In this document: positions 10,241-22,749 of the stretch, in pieces | Layout of the letters: each line of letters starts with the position of its first letter | Position numbering within the stretch: position 1 is the first letter of the stretch | Source: Mobula hypostoma | Taxonomy: Eukaryota | Length of the DNA: 64,000 bases | Direction: 5' to 3' | NCBI RefSeq assembly: GCF_963921235.1 | Contig: NC_086097.1 | Coordinates: forward strand, 169,510,001-169,574,000 | Notes under the pieces: model-generated | Databases searched by the model: none | Told to the model about the DNA's origin: nothing | The model's input: only the letters and a program-made list of their open reading frames with translations | Program-made: the position numbers and the translations under genes

Positions 10241-11299
10241 CTGCAAAATTAAAAGCACTGGAACTTCAGTCTTTCACACATCAAACTTCAAGGATTCTAA
10301 ATCCCTAGCAAACACAAATGAACATTTCATGCAGCTCCTAGGGGAACTATGTGTTCTCAACCCTTCAGTAATACCATTGTTCTAAAAATCTACCCTTAAC
10401 ACTGTAGTGACGACGAGCCACAAATCAGGACAAAACTCTATCCAAAGATTTCAGGAAGGAATTCCAGAGTACAGGACCAATGGAGAGGAAATCAAAATTG
10501 AGGATGTCAGACCAGGTTTTTCCGAAAATTAAAAGAGATTACAGAAAAAAGGGAAGGAAGGAGATGGAATGATTTAACTACAGATATTTTTTCCCCAATT
10601 CATGGCACTGCTGGAATGATACCCAATAAAGGTCATCAAGTTGAGGGTGATGGGTGACCAGAACTCAAATTTATTAAATGGAAATGGGAAAGTGGCCATG
10701 AGAGCAATGGAATTGTGGGGTCAGGAGATAGCAAAACCTAAAGATAGAGCAGCAGTGGGCTGAGGAAGCTTCTGCCTTTCAATTGTTACTTTCCATCTGA
10801 CTTCATTAATCTACGTTTATTTTGAGAATTATTCCAATCAAAGTAGAATAAAAACTGGTGGGCTGGCCAGATATGTTTCACTGGTCTCAGTTTCCAAGTA
10901 CTACTTTATTAGCCAGGAGTTCTCCTTTTACCTTCACCCATTGCCTCTAATAGTTTTTTTGCTTCTTACTAATTCAACTTTATTTTCTTCTCTTGAGGAC
11001 TTGGGTCTTCATTATTTTGCAAGTAAATTAAGTGCAGATAGACTTTCCACATTGGGTTCAAGGCCATGTTTGAATCTGTCACTTGCTCAGATTTACCCTG
11101 AATAGCAGTGTCATCAGGACCTGAAACCCAGTCACTTTTTCCTGGCATAATCCCGAGCATCATGCTCACATGTAATGTTTCTTCTGCTTTATCCTATAAC
11201 TCTACAGCTGAATTGCTCACCAGGAATGTCATGAGGCAACTGATAGAGGCCAAAGACAAATATTAAATAAACAAGAGAAAATAAATCTGTATAGACTAC

Positions 11300-12036
11300 T
11301 GTGAGGGGATCCAGGAGTGCCCTATTAACTGTTTGAAGAGAGACAGCGAGAGAGTTATTTATCATCAATGATTTGTTTTGAAAAGAGAGAGAGAGAGATG
11401 AAGATTGACGGTTGGACTGTCACGTCAGGGCACAGTAAGTAACTTTGGAGATAATACTGAGCAGCTCGAAGGTTGCTATGGTGACCAACAGCACATTATT
11501 GATGTTACTTGTTGCCTGCTTGCATTTCTTTACAGACAAAGGAGGGAGGGACTCTTTGAATGACAGGTGATGCTCAGCACAGGGAAATAAAGTAGGAGGT
11601 CAGATGATACAGACCTCAGACACATGATCTGGACACTGAATGCGCATTGTTGTGCCCGCAGAGAAAGTGGGTTTTGGAGGATCGATCAGGCAGATTGATC
11701 CAACTGCTCTGCCAGTGAAAATTCAAAGGCAAGACTGGTGGGGAGTTGTCCATGTGTCCGACCCTGGCCTGGGTAGATAGCTCCACCACACCGAAATTCG
11801 TTCCCCTTTGTTGTTAAGTCACAGTCGGTGACTTGTGAAGGATTTCAGAGGACGACAAGAAGATCGACGGCAACAGCTCACCTGAAGACTCAACTCACTC
11901 TCTCTCTACATCACTATTCAACTACATACCACAAACTGAACTGAACTTTACTCAACATCGTAAGACTGTATCTTTTTACCCCCAGACTTAAAGAAGCTTG
12001 GTTTTCATACATATGTTTCCACACTTACTGATTTGC

Positions 12037-12089
<53 letters not shown>

Positions 12090-12230
12090 TTGCTAACCTG
12101 TGATTTATTTACTTTGATATTACTGTATTGCATTGTTGTTAATAAATATTATTAGTTATTAGCAATACTAGACTCCAAAGTGGTTTCTATTTCTGCTGGT
12201 TTCTTTATCCCCGTCACGGGGTCCGTGACA
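11300..12230 (+). mobile_element. Solo LTR (931 bp) in SEH1L intron 7
   Basis: TG...CA termini with a 4-bp TSD CTAC (11296-11299 and 12231-12234). Its 3' end resembles the 3' end of the Gmr1-like LTRs at 34650 and 38779. It contains a (TA)n tract at about 12041-12086. Confidence 0.85.
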
Positions 12231-12262
12231 CTACTTAACTGGACTTTGAAATTAAAGATCAC

Positions 12263-12420
12263 CTTTCCATAATCTGACACATCCATCATCTCCAGAGGAT
12301 GCCAAGACTGTACCAGTGATGTTCCAGCTGACACGCCATACTTGAGAATTGTGATTATCAAACTGTGCCACTGTCTGAATTTCAAATTTTGCTGGGCCTC
12401 CGGAACTACTCAATTCTTTT
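12263..12420 (-). CDS. SEH1L: SEH1L coding exon 7 ([52 protein letters not shown])
   Basis: CAG acceptor, GTGATC donor, 158 nt, phase 2 to 1. Encodes the last WD40 repeat. Confidence 0.98.
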
Positions 12421-12620
12421 CTGTGGGAAAAGATGATGAACATTTAATAGCATTCTTTATATTGTCTATGCAACTGGTTAGAAGTCAAAAGATAAGTACA
12501 GAAAGATCAGGATGAAACAACATGCATCAGTCTTAAAATGATAACATCAGTTTTGCTCACTCAAAGAAACTTAAGTTCATAATGGTGCCATGATGAAATT
12601 AGGATGAAAGTATTTCCTAC

Positions 12621-12761
12621 CTTAATGGTTTTAGTGTGAAAATTCGAACATCTTTATTTGCTACTGCAAGAATATGAAATGATCTTCCAAGGTTTGGAGC
12701 AAAAGCAATATCATGCACAGGATCAGTAACAGTAATTAAGGTTTCTGCTTTTGCATATTTC
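12621..12761 (-). CDS. SEH1L: SEH1L coding exon 6 ([46 protein letters not shown])
   Basis: Translated by hand. TAG acceptor, GTAGGA donor, 141 nt, phase 2 to 2. Confidence 0.97.
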
Positions 12762-13311
12762 CTAAAATATAAACAAAATATCAAATTAGAATTCTTTTAT
12801 TTATTCTTTGTACCAATTTTCTTTTCAACTCAACTCTCAACTAATGGACCAAGTGCATAACTTTAAAATTATTTTACTCATTGGAGAACAAAAAAGACAA
12901 AATGTGGCTCAAAAGATTAAATGCTTTAAATACACTTGAAACATACAAACTCTGCAGATTTAAAAACTTAGATGAACTGCAGTACCACCTTATTTTTAAA
13001 TGCATTATCTACATTATTGTTGGGGGAAATGTCAAACATACCCACACAATAAGTTATAATTATTAATTACACAATGTTACTGAGTTTATCATTTGTGCTT
13101 TGTTATAATCTTGCCAGTGTTCAGTAAGACAACAGGGCTAGGCAGAAACAACATTAAAAAATCATTGTTGAAATGAGGATAGATTCTGGGCTCTATGGTT
13201 GGAACACTTCATCAATATCCTTTGCTTTAAATTGACACCAGTTGGGACAAAAGTGAAATAAAGCTACAATTGATTTCCAGAGGCCCGATTAATGAGAATC
13301 TTTGCTTGCTA

Positions 13312-13452
13312 ATGGGTGGCAAAGTGGTTAGCTCCACTGCCTCACAGCCCTAAAGGCTCAGTGTTCAATCCTGACCTTGGGCTTCATTTCTATGAGATTG
13401 CACTTGTTTTGGCGACTCAATAGATTTACCTGGATGCTCTGTTTTCTTCCTT
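13312..13452 (+). mobile_element. tRNA-derived SINE head (V-SINE/HE1-like), degraded
   Basis: A-box-like ggtggcaaagtggttagc, B-box-like gttcaatcc, followed by a degenerate V-domain-like segment. Confidence 0.55.
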
Positions 13453-14083
13453 CATTTTAAGGGCACTAAGGTTAAGATTGGGTAGGGGAAGTTCGTGGAA
13501 CTCTTCTTTGTGAACACCTGGCTGTTTAATACAAAATCTGTCCACCAATCTTTCTTCCAGCACATATCTTTCCTTTTTCTTATTAATTCTTGGGATGTCG
13601 TAATTCCAGGTAAAAACCTATATTTACCGCCCATTCCCAAATGATCTTATAAAAAATGGTGGTGACCAAACTTCTTGAAGTGTCACAGCACACTTGGTGA
13701 AGATGCTCCCATTGTACATAGTGATCTGCTCATCCATTTCAGAGAACAGTTGGGAGTAACCACATCACTACGGATGACAACACAACAGATATATATTTAC
13801 TATAGATTTCCTTTGCTAAAGAGAATCAATGAACAATTCTAAATATCTAATAGTTTTATGCTTATTCTTCATAATAGTTTTATTTATTCCACATGTGTTT
13901 GTTAACCGAGTTTAAATTCCACATCTAACATGGTGAGGTCTGAATTAAAGTTTCTGGATTATTAAACTGTACCTGGTGATCACTAGCCCAACAAGATTGC
14001 TATTATGTTGTCATTAAAAATAAGGAAAGAATGTTAGAAAAACATCAAAAACTATTTCTATAACGCTCTGTAACATAGCATAC

Positions 14084-14182
14084 CTGGTGTTTTCATTATA
14101 TTCATAAATTTGAACCTTGCCACCAATGTTTGTGCTACTGTCATCACTTCCCACTGCTATCATAGGCGAATGAGAACGGGAA
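14084..14182 (-). CDS. SEH1L: SEH1L coding exon 5 ([33 protein letters not shown])
   Basis: Not in the ORF track; translated by hand. CAG acceptor, GTATGC donor, 99 nt, phase 2 to 2. Confidence 0.96.
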
Positions 14183-14249
14183 CTGTAATGAGAAACAGAA
14201 TTGGAGAAACTTTAAGGTGTTTTTGTGTGTGTGTGCTTATTTTTTTATT

Positions 14250-14680
14250 AGTACTGTGTTAAAGTCTTAGGTGCATAGCTAAGGGTGCCTAAGACTTTTA
14301 CACAGTATTGCAGTAATTTTATGTGTTGCACTGCTGTAAAAGGAAACTAATCTCATGGCATAGGTGAGTGATGATAAACCTGATTCTGATATCGGTCTCA
14401 GAACGGAAAAAGTGGGGAGCACCAGAGACATTCTGAAATAATCGATAAATCAATTGTTTGGAATCAAATGACCTTGCCTTGTATCTCAGGACTGGGAGTA
14501 TCTACCTTCTCTGCGACCTGTCCCACACCCCTCCCATGGCATTCCACCCTCACCATTCCCTACATCTTCTGCTACCATCAGATTTACAAACTCGCTCAGT
14601 GCTCCACGTTGACAAGTACAGTACTGTGCAAATGTCTTAGGCACCCTAGCTATATATATGTGACCAAGACTTTTACATGG
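14250..14680. mobile_element. Tc1-like MITE with inverted ends
   Basis: gtactgtg..aagtcttagg / cctaagacttttacacagta motifs at about 14251-14310 recur at about 14619-14678. Confidence 0.55.
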
Positions 14681-15260
14681 TAAGATACATATAACACCTG
14701 GGAAAGGTTTCACTGCCAACGTAATGGTCTTTCTGTGTTTGGGTTATGGTTAGAGGTAACGGGTGCTTTGGAATGTGAGCCGTCCAATGAAGGGAATGTG
14801 TTTTCACGTTGTGTGCTTGACACCGGTGTGACCTGGGTCTTTTGTTGGGCCAGAGATGAAGGGGGAAAACGCCAAAGAGAAGAGGTCGTAGGACTCAACC
14901 CAGAGTGGGGCCATGATTCGACGAAGCCCAGGGAGATCAAAGGAGAATCAGCAAAGGGGAAACCGTGAGCTCCAACTTGCACACGTTAGACTGCTTCATT
15001 AAAATGGGCCCTTTTCTTTGTTATTGCTTTTTCTTTACTTACCCTTTAGTCAAATTAAGAATTATAAAGCTAAATTGTTTAATTGTAAGCTGTGTACTGT
15101 CCGTTATTTCGTGGCACTTATTTGTAACAGTAATAAATCACACAGCATCCACACAAATGGGGGGTTTCGGGGTGGGCCTGCACCTCAATCTCACACGTTG
15201 GTGGGGCTGGAGATTGTCTTCCCAAGACTTACGCAGCCGACGGAACCAGAGTGTTTCACA
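14680..15260 (+). mobile_element. Possible solo-LTR-like repeat in SEH1L intron 4
   Basis: Contains an internal AATAAA and ends in gtgtttcaca. I could not resolve the left end or a TSD. Confidence 0.35.
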
Positions 15261-15490
15261 TAAACTATATATCTTTTCAAGAAAAGGTCCAGTCTGTGTG
15301 ATATCTTACACCGTATTTGAAGGCTGCACTTTGGTTTGTTAAAATAATTAATTATTTTCAAATCAATGAGAATATGGGTTGCAATCACTGCTGATTCTAC
15401 ACAACCAGACTGTCTGGTTCAGTTAACATGACTTGAATAACAGAACAGTGCTTTAGTGTAAATACCCAGACAGCACATGCACTTCCTCAC

Positions 15491-15702
15491 CTGGAAGGGT
15501 TCCAGGAAATACAGCTGCAATTCAGTTTGCATGAGATCTCATGCTGCAAGGACCACTGACTCAGGTTCATGACATCTGGGGCCTCATAAATCCGCACAAC
15601 CCCATCTGCAGAGCAGGTGGCTAGAACCAAGCCCATGTGCTTTGGGGCAAATTTCACATCTGTCACTGAAGTTCTGCTGTCCACCAGTGTAGTCCTCTTC
15701 AC
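15491..15702 (-). CDS. SEH1L: SEH1L coding exon 4 ([24 protein letters not shown]...CSCISWNPS)
   Basis: CAG acceptor, GTGAGG donor, 212 nt, ends in phase 2. Confidence 0.98.
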
Positions 15703-16280
15703 CTGTTTGGATGCAGGCATTTAATTCTATTAATATGCAAGTTCCTAATAACATCTTAATTGCAGTTTTCTACCTCACAATGCTAAAAAAATTCATGATA
15801 CTCTTCTAAATGAACCTAAAGAAAAGGTTGGTTATTGGATCCTGAGGGAGAAACATAAACAAACACATTTCTGTTATATTGGAACATGAGAAATGAGTAA
15901 ATCAAGTTGCTTTCAAAGAAGCACAGTTTTGATTGCTGTGCTAGAACCTTCTTAAAATACAGGGTTGAAAGTTCTGTGAAAAGGTAAACTCGAAAATGTT
16001 GCAAGAACAGCCTCACTCATTCACAGCTACATAAGCAGAGATGGAAACTGTTGGACAAATTTAAAATCAAAGTTGGTTTGGCAACTTTGTGTGCCAGATA
16101 ATAATGCATTTTCTTGGAAATAAAGTACACTCAGTAAAGTGTCTACAATTGCTTCGAAAATTAACCCAAATGGTCAAAACCATTTGGCTCTAAGTCTGAA
16201 CAGGCAAGAATACTGTGTATATGAGGCAAAAGTAATTTGATCACAAGATTTGATTTGGTGGTGAAAAGATCCAAACTCAC

Positions 16281-16427
16281 CCAATGACTTTGTCCTCGCA
16301 GTTTGTCATTAGACTCTCCCACGATCTCCTCCCACACAGCTGCAGTCCGATCAAATGAACAAGAGGCCAGCACCTGGCCAAACTCTGGGTGGGCCCATGT
16401 CACTCGCCATACTGATCCACTGTGTGT
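16281..16427 (-). CDS. SEH1L: SEH1L coding exon 3 ([49 protein letters not shown])
   Basis: TAG acceptor, GTGAGT donor, 147 nt. Contains the hallmark SEH1/SEC13 motif [16 protein letters not shown]. Confidence 0.98.
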
Positions 16428-17133
16428 CTACAAAAGGAGTTTACATTAATAATAATCTCTATTAAGACCTGGAAAGCAGAGTGCTCCCACTATATGCATC
16501 CAAGTTAGAATGATGATCCAAGGTAGAATAGTAAGATAGAACCGAAATGTACCATTGAGCCCATGTAATCAGTATAGGTCCATGTTTACATCCCACACAA
16601 GCCTCTCCCATCCCATTTCATCCATCTGCTAGCATACTAACATAGTCTCATCAAGTAGACTGCTGCTTAGGAGACAAATGGCACCTAACGGCAACTCCTC
16701 TGCTTGCATCTTCAGAAACAGCTCTATTTCCATCTTTAATGTCTCTAATTTTCCCTTTCAGGGTTCTTTTGAAGACCCTGCTCTGGAGTTGCATGTTGAC
16801 TTCGGTTCTTTGCAGGAATGGGACCAGCTCTTGGGGTTTCACTACCTGCCGTTATTTGATATGCCAAGGATGTGGCCTAAGAGATTAGCTCCCCTTCGGA
16901 GTTCCAGGATCTCGGGGCTCTGGAGATGGATGGACTGAAGGTCGGTGTCCCGACAGGAAATCGGTGTGTCATGAGAGACGGAAGATCTCTGGTTGTGTGC
17001 CCAGAGACCTGAGACCTTTGGGCACAGAACTCAGAAAAAGCGACGCAATGGACTTTTAACATCGTAAATCAGCAAGTTGTTTGTTATATCTCCCCTCTCA
17101 CTGTGAAACGGAGACAACTCTTTCTCCTTTATT

Positions 17134-17210
17134 AGGGAGGGAGGGAGGGGGGGGGGAGAAGGGGAGGGGGGGGAGGGAGGAGAGGGGGAGAGAGAGAGAG
17201 AGAGAGAGAG
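17134..17210 (+). repeat. G-rich polypurine tract plus (GA)n
   Basis: An uninterrupted purine run with several G3+ tracts, inside a repeat-derived segment (about 16650-17548) ending in (ctttgaa)n. Confidence 0.85.
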
Positions 17211-17548
17211 ACAGCCAGCCAGCCTGTGGTATGTCGAATACTGGGTGAACGAGTAGTCTTTGTCGTAATGCAAGTCCGTGTCTTTGCTGTTGTTTTGCTC
17301 CACGCTTCAGTGCTCGGTGGTGGATGCCGATGCTTTTTTTTTGCTGGTGGGGAGGGGGGATCGTTGCTTTGTTGCTGCTTATGTGTGGGGAGGAACTGGT
17401 GGGGGGCTGTAGGGCTCTAACATTTAACTGTCATTCATTCTTTGGGGGCACTCCTCTGTTTTCGTGGATGGTTTCAAAGAAAAAGCATTTCAGGATGTAT
17501 ATTGTATACATTTCTTTGACATTAGATGTACCTTTGAAACCTTTGAAC

Positions 17549-17987
17549 AGCTTGTCATATGAAGAGTACTTGATGGCTCTGGGACTGTATTCACCAGAAA
17601 TCAAAATGAGGGATGACCTCATTGAAACCTATCAAATGGTGAAAGGCTTTGATAGAGTGGATGTGGACAGGATGTTTCCTATGGTGAGAGTGTCTAAGAC
17701 TAGAGGACACAGCCTCAGAATAGAGAGCTATCCTTTTAGAACGGAGATGAGGAGAAATTTCTTTTGCCAGAGATGTGAATCTGTGGAACTTGTTGCCACG
17801 GGCAGCTGTAGTGGCCAAGTCTTTATGTATTTTTAAGGCAGAGGTCGACAGATTCTTGATTGGTCAGGGCATGAACGGATACGGAGAGAAAACAGGTGGT
17901 TGGGGCTGAGGAAAAATTATGAAATTGTGGAGCAGACATGATGGGCCAAATGGCCTAATTCTGCTCCTATATCTTATGGTCTTATGT
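17549..17987 (+). mobile_element. CR1 LINE 3' fragment
   Basis: Encodes LSYEEYLMALGLYS...DLIETYQMVKGFDRVD...FRTEMRRNFF, with tail tcttatggtcttatg. Confidence 0.85.
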
Positions 17988-19165
17988 CTAAGATCTGAGT
18001 TGATTGGGCCTTAATTTTCTGAAGTTTTGAAGAATGAGAAATTATTTCATTGAAATACATACAAATTTAAGTGAAACTAATGGTATAGTTCACGAACCAA
18101 GTCCTAGAAATCCAAAAGAAAAACAAAGGAAGACAGAAAATACTCAGCAGATCAGGCCACATCTATGGAGACAAAAACAATTTATGACTCTGGTCATCTG
18201 AAAGCTTATAAATGACAAATAGATATGTAGAGGCTAGAGGTAAGAGAGTCTAAAATGAGGAGTCAGAATCTCAGGATACGGGCATGGCATTTTAGGCCTG
18301 AGACAAGGAGAAACTTTTTCCATTAATGGTTGTGATTAATTGGGATTCTCTAATCCAGATGGCCGGGAATGGCCAATCCTTCAGGGTGGTTGATAAACTG
18401 TTCAAAAAGAGTCAAGGCAATGGGGAGAAATACAAATCAGCAATACTCAAGCCCATTCACATACGTGTCCTTCTTCTGTTTGTTCCTTTCTCTCTTACCT
18501 TCCCTTTGTCATCTCACTTTTATTTAATCAATTCAAGCTGCAGCCATTTTAGTTATTAAAAGGTTTCTTTCTTCCCTCTCAAGAAATGGGAGGTATTCTT
18601 AACAAGACAAGGCAGCAGGCCAGCATTCTCATCTATGCACCACAATGTTCGTGTGCACACATCACCATCAATCACCCCACCCTCACTACAATCTAGACAA
18701 CAACAGAGCCATTGTGTGTATGATTTTTACAAAGAAGAGAAGCAAAAAGGGAGAAGAAAAAATAAATTAAAGAGAGCATCAACACGTGCATCTTAGCTCC
18801 TGACATGAGAGACTATTCCCTCGGAAATAATAGTTTACCAGGATTATTTAAGTGAACAATAGTGTCAAACATATCGATGTTGACTCAGTATTACAGAAAA
18901 GCTCAATTACAGATTTATCTAAAGAACTACCATTAATTCAAAGAACAGTGAAGTATTTAAAGAATATTTACAAGTCAGTAAAAAGGATCACCAATTTACA
19001 AAAATTAGAAGAGACCAACATTTAGCATTTTCTTCGACCTGTAAGCTCATTATGTGAATACTATTTAAAGGCATACATGCGTGGGTAATGCATACACATA
19101 GTAACATCTACAACTGGAGTACACGGCAATACATGTCTCATAAACAACAGGAAGCATCCCATTAC

Positions 19166-19216
19166 CTTCCAGCTCGCTGTGCAGTGCCATTCTTCAGTTT
19201 CACTCTTGTCCCACAC
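19166..19216 (-). CDS. SEH1L: SEH1L coding exon 2 (VWDKSETEEWHCTASWK)
   Basis: Acceptor CAG ends at 19217 and donor GTAATG starts at 19165. The exon is 51 nt and encodes a SEH1 WD40 peptide. Confidence 0.96.
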
Positions 19217-19523
19217 CTGCCAAATGAGTGCAGCATAGGTTAAAAGGACACATTCAATCGACTCGCAGACAGCATTAGTCATTCCTCATGTAAACCTGTA
19301 GTACTTTTATCCATAAGAAGCTCCTGAAATGGGATCTCACTGGTTGGTACACCACATAGATGTGTGCAACCTGTAATCATTACAGTTTGCTACCGGAGAA
19401 GCAAAGGATACTGTTGCAGTATATTTTCCTGATCTGCGGTCATTTATTTCTCCATGAGGCAAGAAAAGGAAGGCATGCTCTCACTTCTCACTCCCAAATG
19501 CCAGGCAGCAGATTCAACCATAA

Positions 19524-20320
19524 CAGAACATAGAACAGTACAGCACAGCACCGTACATACCCTCTTGCCCACAATGTTGTATTGACCTTATAACCTACTC
19601 TAAGATCAATCTAACCCTTCCATTCTACATATCCCTCCATTTTTCTATCAACCATGATATATCTAAGAGTTTCCCTAAAATATCCCTAATCTATCTGCTT
19701 CCACTACCATTCTTCCCACTACATTCCATGCGCCTACGCACTCTATGTGAAGAACTTCTGACATCACCCCCGCCGTACCTTCCTCCAATCATCTTAAAAT
19801 TATGTTTCCTTGTATTACCCATTTCCGCCTTGGGAAAACGTTTCTGGCCATCAACTCTATTCGTTATCACTGTGTTCACCTTTCATCCTCCTTCACTCCC
19901 AAGAAAAAAGCCTTAGCTCACTCAGCCTATCTTCAGAAGATCTGGTCCCGGCAGCATCTTAGTAAATCTCTCTGAAGCTTCCACATCCTTCCTATAACAA
20001 GGCAACCAGAATGGAACACAATATCCAACTGTAATCTTAACCAGGGTTTTATAGAGCAGCATTACCTCACAACTTTTGAACTCAATCCCCCAACTAATGA
20101 AGGTCAACACACTATATGCAACCGTATTAACTTATGCAGCAACTTTGAGGGGATCTATGGACGTGGGCCCCAAGATCCCTCTGTACCTTCACACTGATTT
20201 TAATCCTGCCATTAACCCTGTATTCTGCCTTCAAATTCAATTTTCCAAAGTGAATCACTTCATATTTTTCTGGGCTGACTCCATCAGCTACTTCTCTATC
20301 GTCAATGTCTACAAGAACCT
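19524..20320 (-). mobile_element. CR1 LINE 3' fragment, degraded
   Basis: Encodes GIEFKSCEVMLLYKTLVK..YCVPFWLPCYRKDV, with the CR1 tail (agaacatagaac on +). Confidence 0.8.
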
Positions 20321-20329
20321 TCTACACTA

Positions 20330-20782
20330 CTTCCACAATGAGCTTAAACACAGGTTGGAAGAGCAACACCTCATATTCATTCTATCTGGGTAGCGCTCCA
20401 ACCTGATGCATAAACATTGATTTCTCTAACTTCCGGTCATTTCCCCTCACCTCTCTCTTTCTTTTTCCCCGTTCTGATTTCCCTCTTACCTCTTCTCTCT
20501 CCTCACTTACCAATCACCCTGCTGGTGCCCCTCCTTCTTCCCTGGTCCACTCTTTTCTCCAGATTCCTCCTCCTTCAGCTCTTTACCTCTTCCACCTATC
20601 ACCTGCCAGCTTTTTACTTCATCCCTTTTCCTCATCCACCTTCCACCTCACTTGATTTCACCAATCACCTGCCAGCTTGTACTCATCCTCCTCTCCCACC
20701 TTCTGATTCCTCTCCATAGACGTTGCCTGACCTGCTGAGTTCCTCCAGCATTTTGTGTGTTACTCTGGATTTCCAGCATCCA
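20330..20782 (+). mobile_element. Penelope-like element 3' fragment
   Basis: Encodes RLEEQHLIF (GIY-YIG domain C-terminus), followed by a pyrimidine-rich 3' region and the conserved terminal arm gcctgacctgctgagttcctccagc. Confidence 0.75.
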
Positions 20783-20794
20783 AAGTACCTCTTG

Positions 20795-21380
20795 TGTTGT
20801 GGAAAGGATGAGCAGGTTCAAGTTCCTGGGCATCAACATCTCAGACGATCTATCCTGGACCCAATATATTGCTTCAATCAAGAAGAAGCCATGCCAATGG
20901 GTCTAGCTCATTGGGAGTTTGAGAAAACTTAGTATGTCACCAAAAACTGTTCCAGATTTCTACAGACGTATGATGGAGAGTTTCCTGACTGGTTGCATCA
21001 CAGCCTGGTGTGGAAGTTCCCATGCACAGGATCATAACAGGCCGCAGAGGGCTGCAGACTCAGCCACCTCCATCATGGTCACAACCATCCCCGCATTGAA
21101 GATATCTTCAAGAGGTGATGCTTCAGGTTAGATTGCTTCCATCACTAAGGACCCTCACCATTTATGACATGCCCTCCTCTTGTTACTACCATCAGGGAAG
21201 AGGAACAGGAGCCTAAAGACCCACACTCAATGATTCAGAAACAGCTTCTTCCCCTCCACCATCAGATTTATGATTGGTCCATGAACACTACCTCATTATT
21301 ATTTTCTTTTACACTATGTTAATTTATGGCAATTTTATATATTTTCATTGTACAGTTGCCACAAATCAACAGAGTTCACA
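20795..21380 (+). mobile_element. Rex1/L2-type LINE 3' fragment
   Basis: Encodes FYRRMMESFLTGCITAWCGS, a post-RT motif of this group. Similar copies occur at about 54670-55050 (-), 60640-61270 (-) and 62030-62610 (+). Confidence 0.7.
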
Positions 21381-22583
21381 AATTTGTTTTAATAACTCTG
21401 GGGTACAGAACATTTTCCTCCTCATTTCCCTCCTAGATGGATGATCCCTTATTCTGAAACTAGGCCCTCTAATTTTATGATAAACTCACTAGCGTGAAAC
21501 AATCTCTCAGCATCCATTCGCCAAACACTTGGAATATTAAATATTTCAATAAGGTTATCTCTCATCCCTCTAAACTCAAGTAACTATCAGCACAATTTAT
21601 TTTCAAATGTCAACCTCTTCATCCCAGGAACCAACATCTTTAAGCCTTTACTGGATTACCACCAGTACAAATATACCACTCCTTTCCTCAGCAATGAGTG
21701 CAGTTCTGCTAAAAATTCCCTACTTTTGTACTTGATACCCTTGAAATAAAGCATTCCTTGCTGTACTTGCATGTTTACCCTTTTTGATTCATGCACAAGG
21801 TTTCCCATATTGTTTTTGTATTGTAATCTCATTGTATTTAAATCCATTAGTTTTGTCATTCCTTTTTCCAATGTATACGGGGTGGCAGGGTGGAGATATG
21901 TTGCTACCAAAGGAGGTGTAAGGCGCTCCTCCCTCCGCTAGTCTGCAGGTTATCCTTGGGCGGGTGTAGTACTTGCTTAGCCTCCCGATTAGGGTCACGT
22001 GAAGCGCTGGAAGCAGGTGGTGGATGGTTGTATGAGCAGCTGGTGCATACCACAAGACCAGGTTATATGACCATTGACGCCTGGCAGACCATCTCTGAAG
22101 AGTATTGAAAATGTCTTGTAAAGACAGTGGCCAGAAAAAAGGCCATGTTAAACTATTTCTGTAGAAAAATTTGCCAAGAACAATCACAGTCATGGAAAGT
22201 CATTGATTGCCCACGTCATATGACACAGCACATAATGAACAAATGATTACACATTTCCCCACAGTATACTTCGCCTGCCAACTTCTGTCCACTCATCCTA
22301 CCTCTCCGTATCCCATTTTTATTTCTTTCCTCCGAACAACATCAGGGACTATTTGAACCATTCTGGTTTGAGGAGCAATTCCATTGATTCCTTACTAACA
22401 TATTTAATTATGCATGACTTTAGCATCAATGGACCTTTCACCACCTGACTGAAAAACACCACTGTGTGCAGATGCTGCCCCATTATTTTTGTAATAAGAC
22501 CAAAAACATTTGAACCAATGTAAAAGGTCATGGACCTTGCATGTTAGATACAAGACAGCACATGCAACCTGGAACACAAAAAA

Positions 22584-22749
22584 AAAACTGCTGGAGGGAC
22601 CCAACAGGTCAGGCAGCATCAGTGAAGGCAAAGTTTCTGGTTGAAACCTTCCACCTGGGCCTGACGCAGTCTCTCAAGCTGAAACGTCAGCTATTCTTTG
22701 CCCCCACTGATGCTGCCTCACCTGCCAAATTCTTCCAGCAGTTTGTTTT
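22584..22749. mobile_element. Hairpin Penelope-terminus-derived element with a degenerate hammerhead core
   Basis: Inverted arms ctgctggag..caggcagcatcagtg / cactgatgctgcc..tccagcag, with ctgacgc...gaaacgtc at 22661-22688. Confidence 0.65.

Noticed and set aside
13312..13400. tRNA gene
   Set aside because: Only degenerate A/B boxes continuing into a SINE body; no cloverleaf can be formed.
21877..22240. Possible HDV-like ribozyme in RTE-associated repeats (also 62900-63430)
   Set aside because: These look like RTE-related SINE or 5' UTR pieces, but I could not build the nested double pseudoknot by eye. It is unsupported without a descriptor search.
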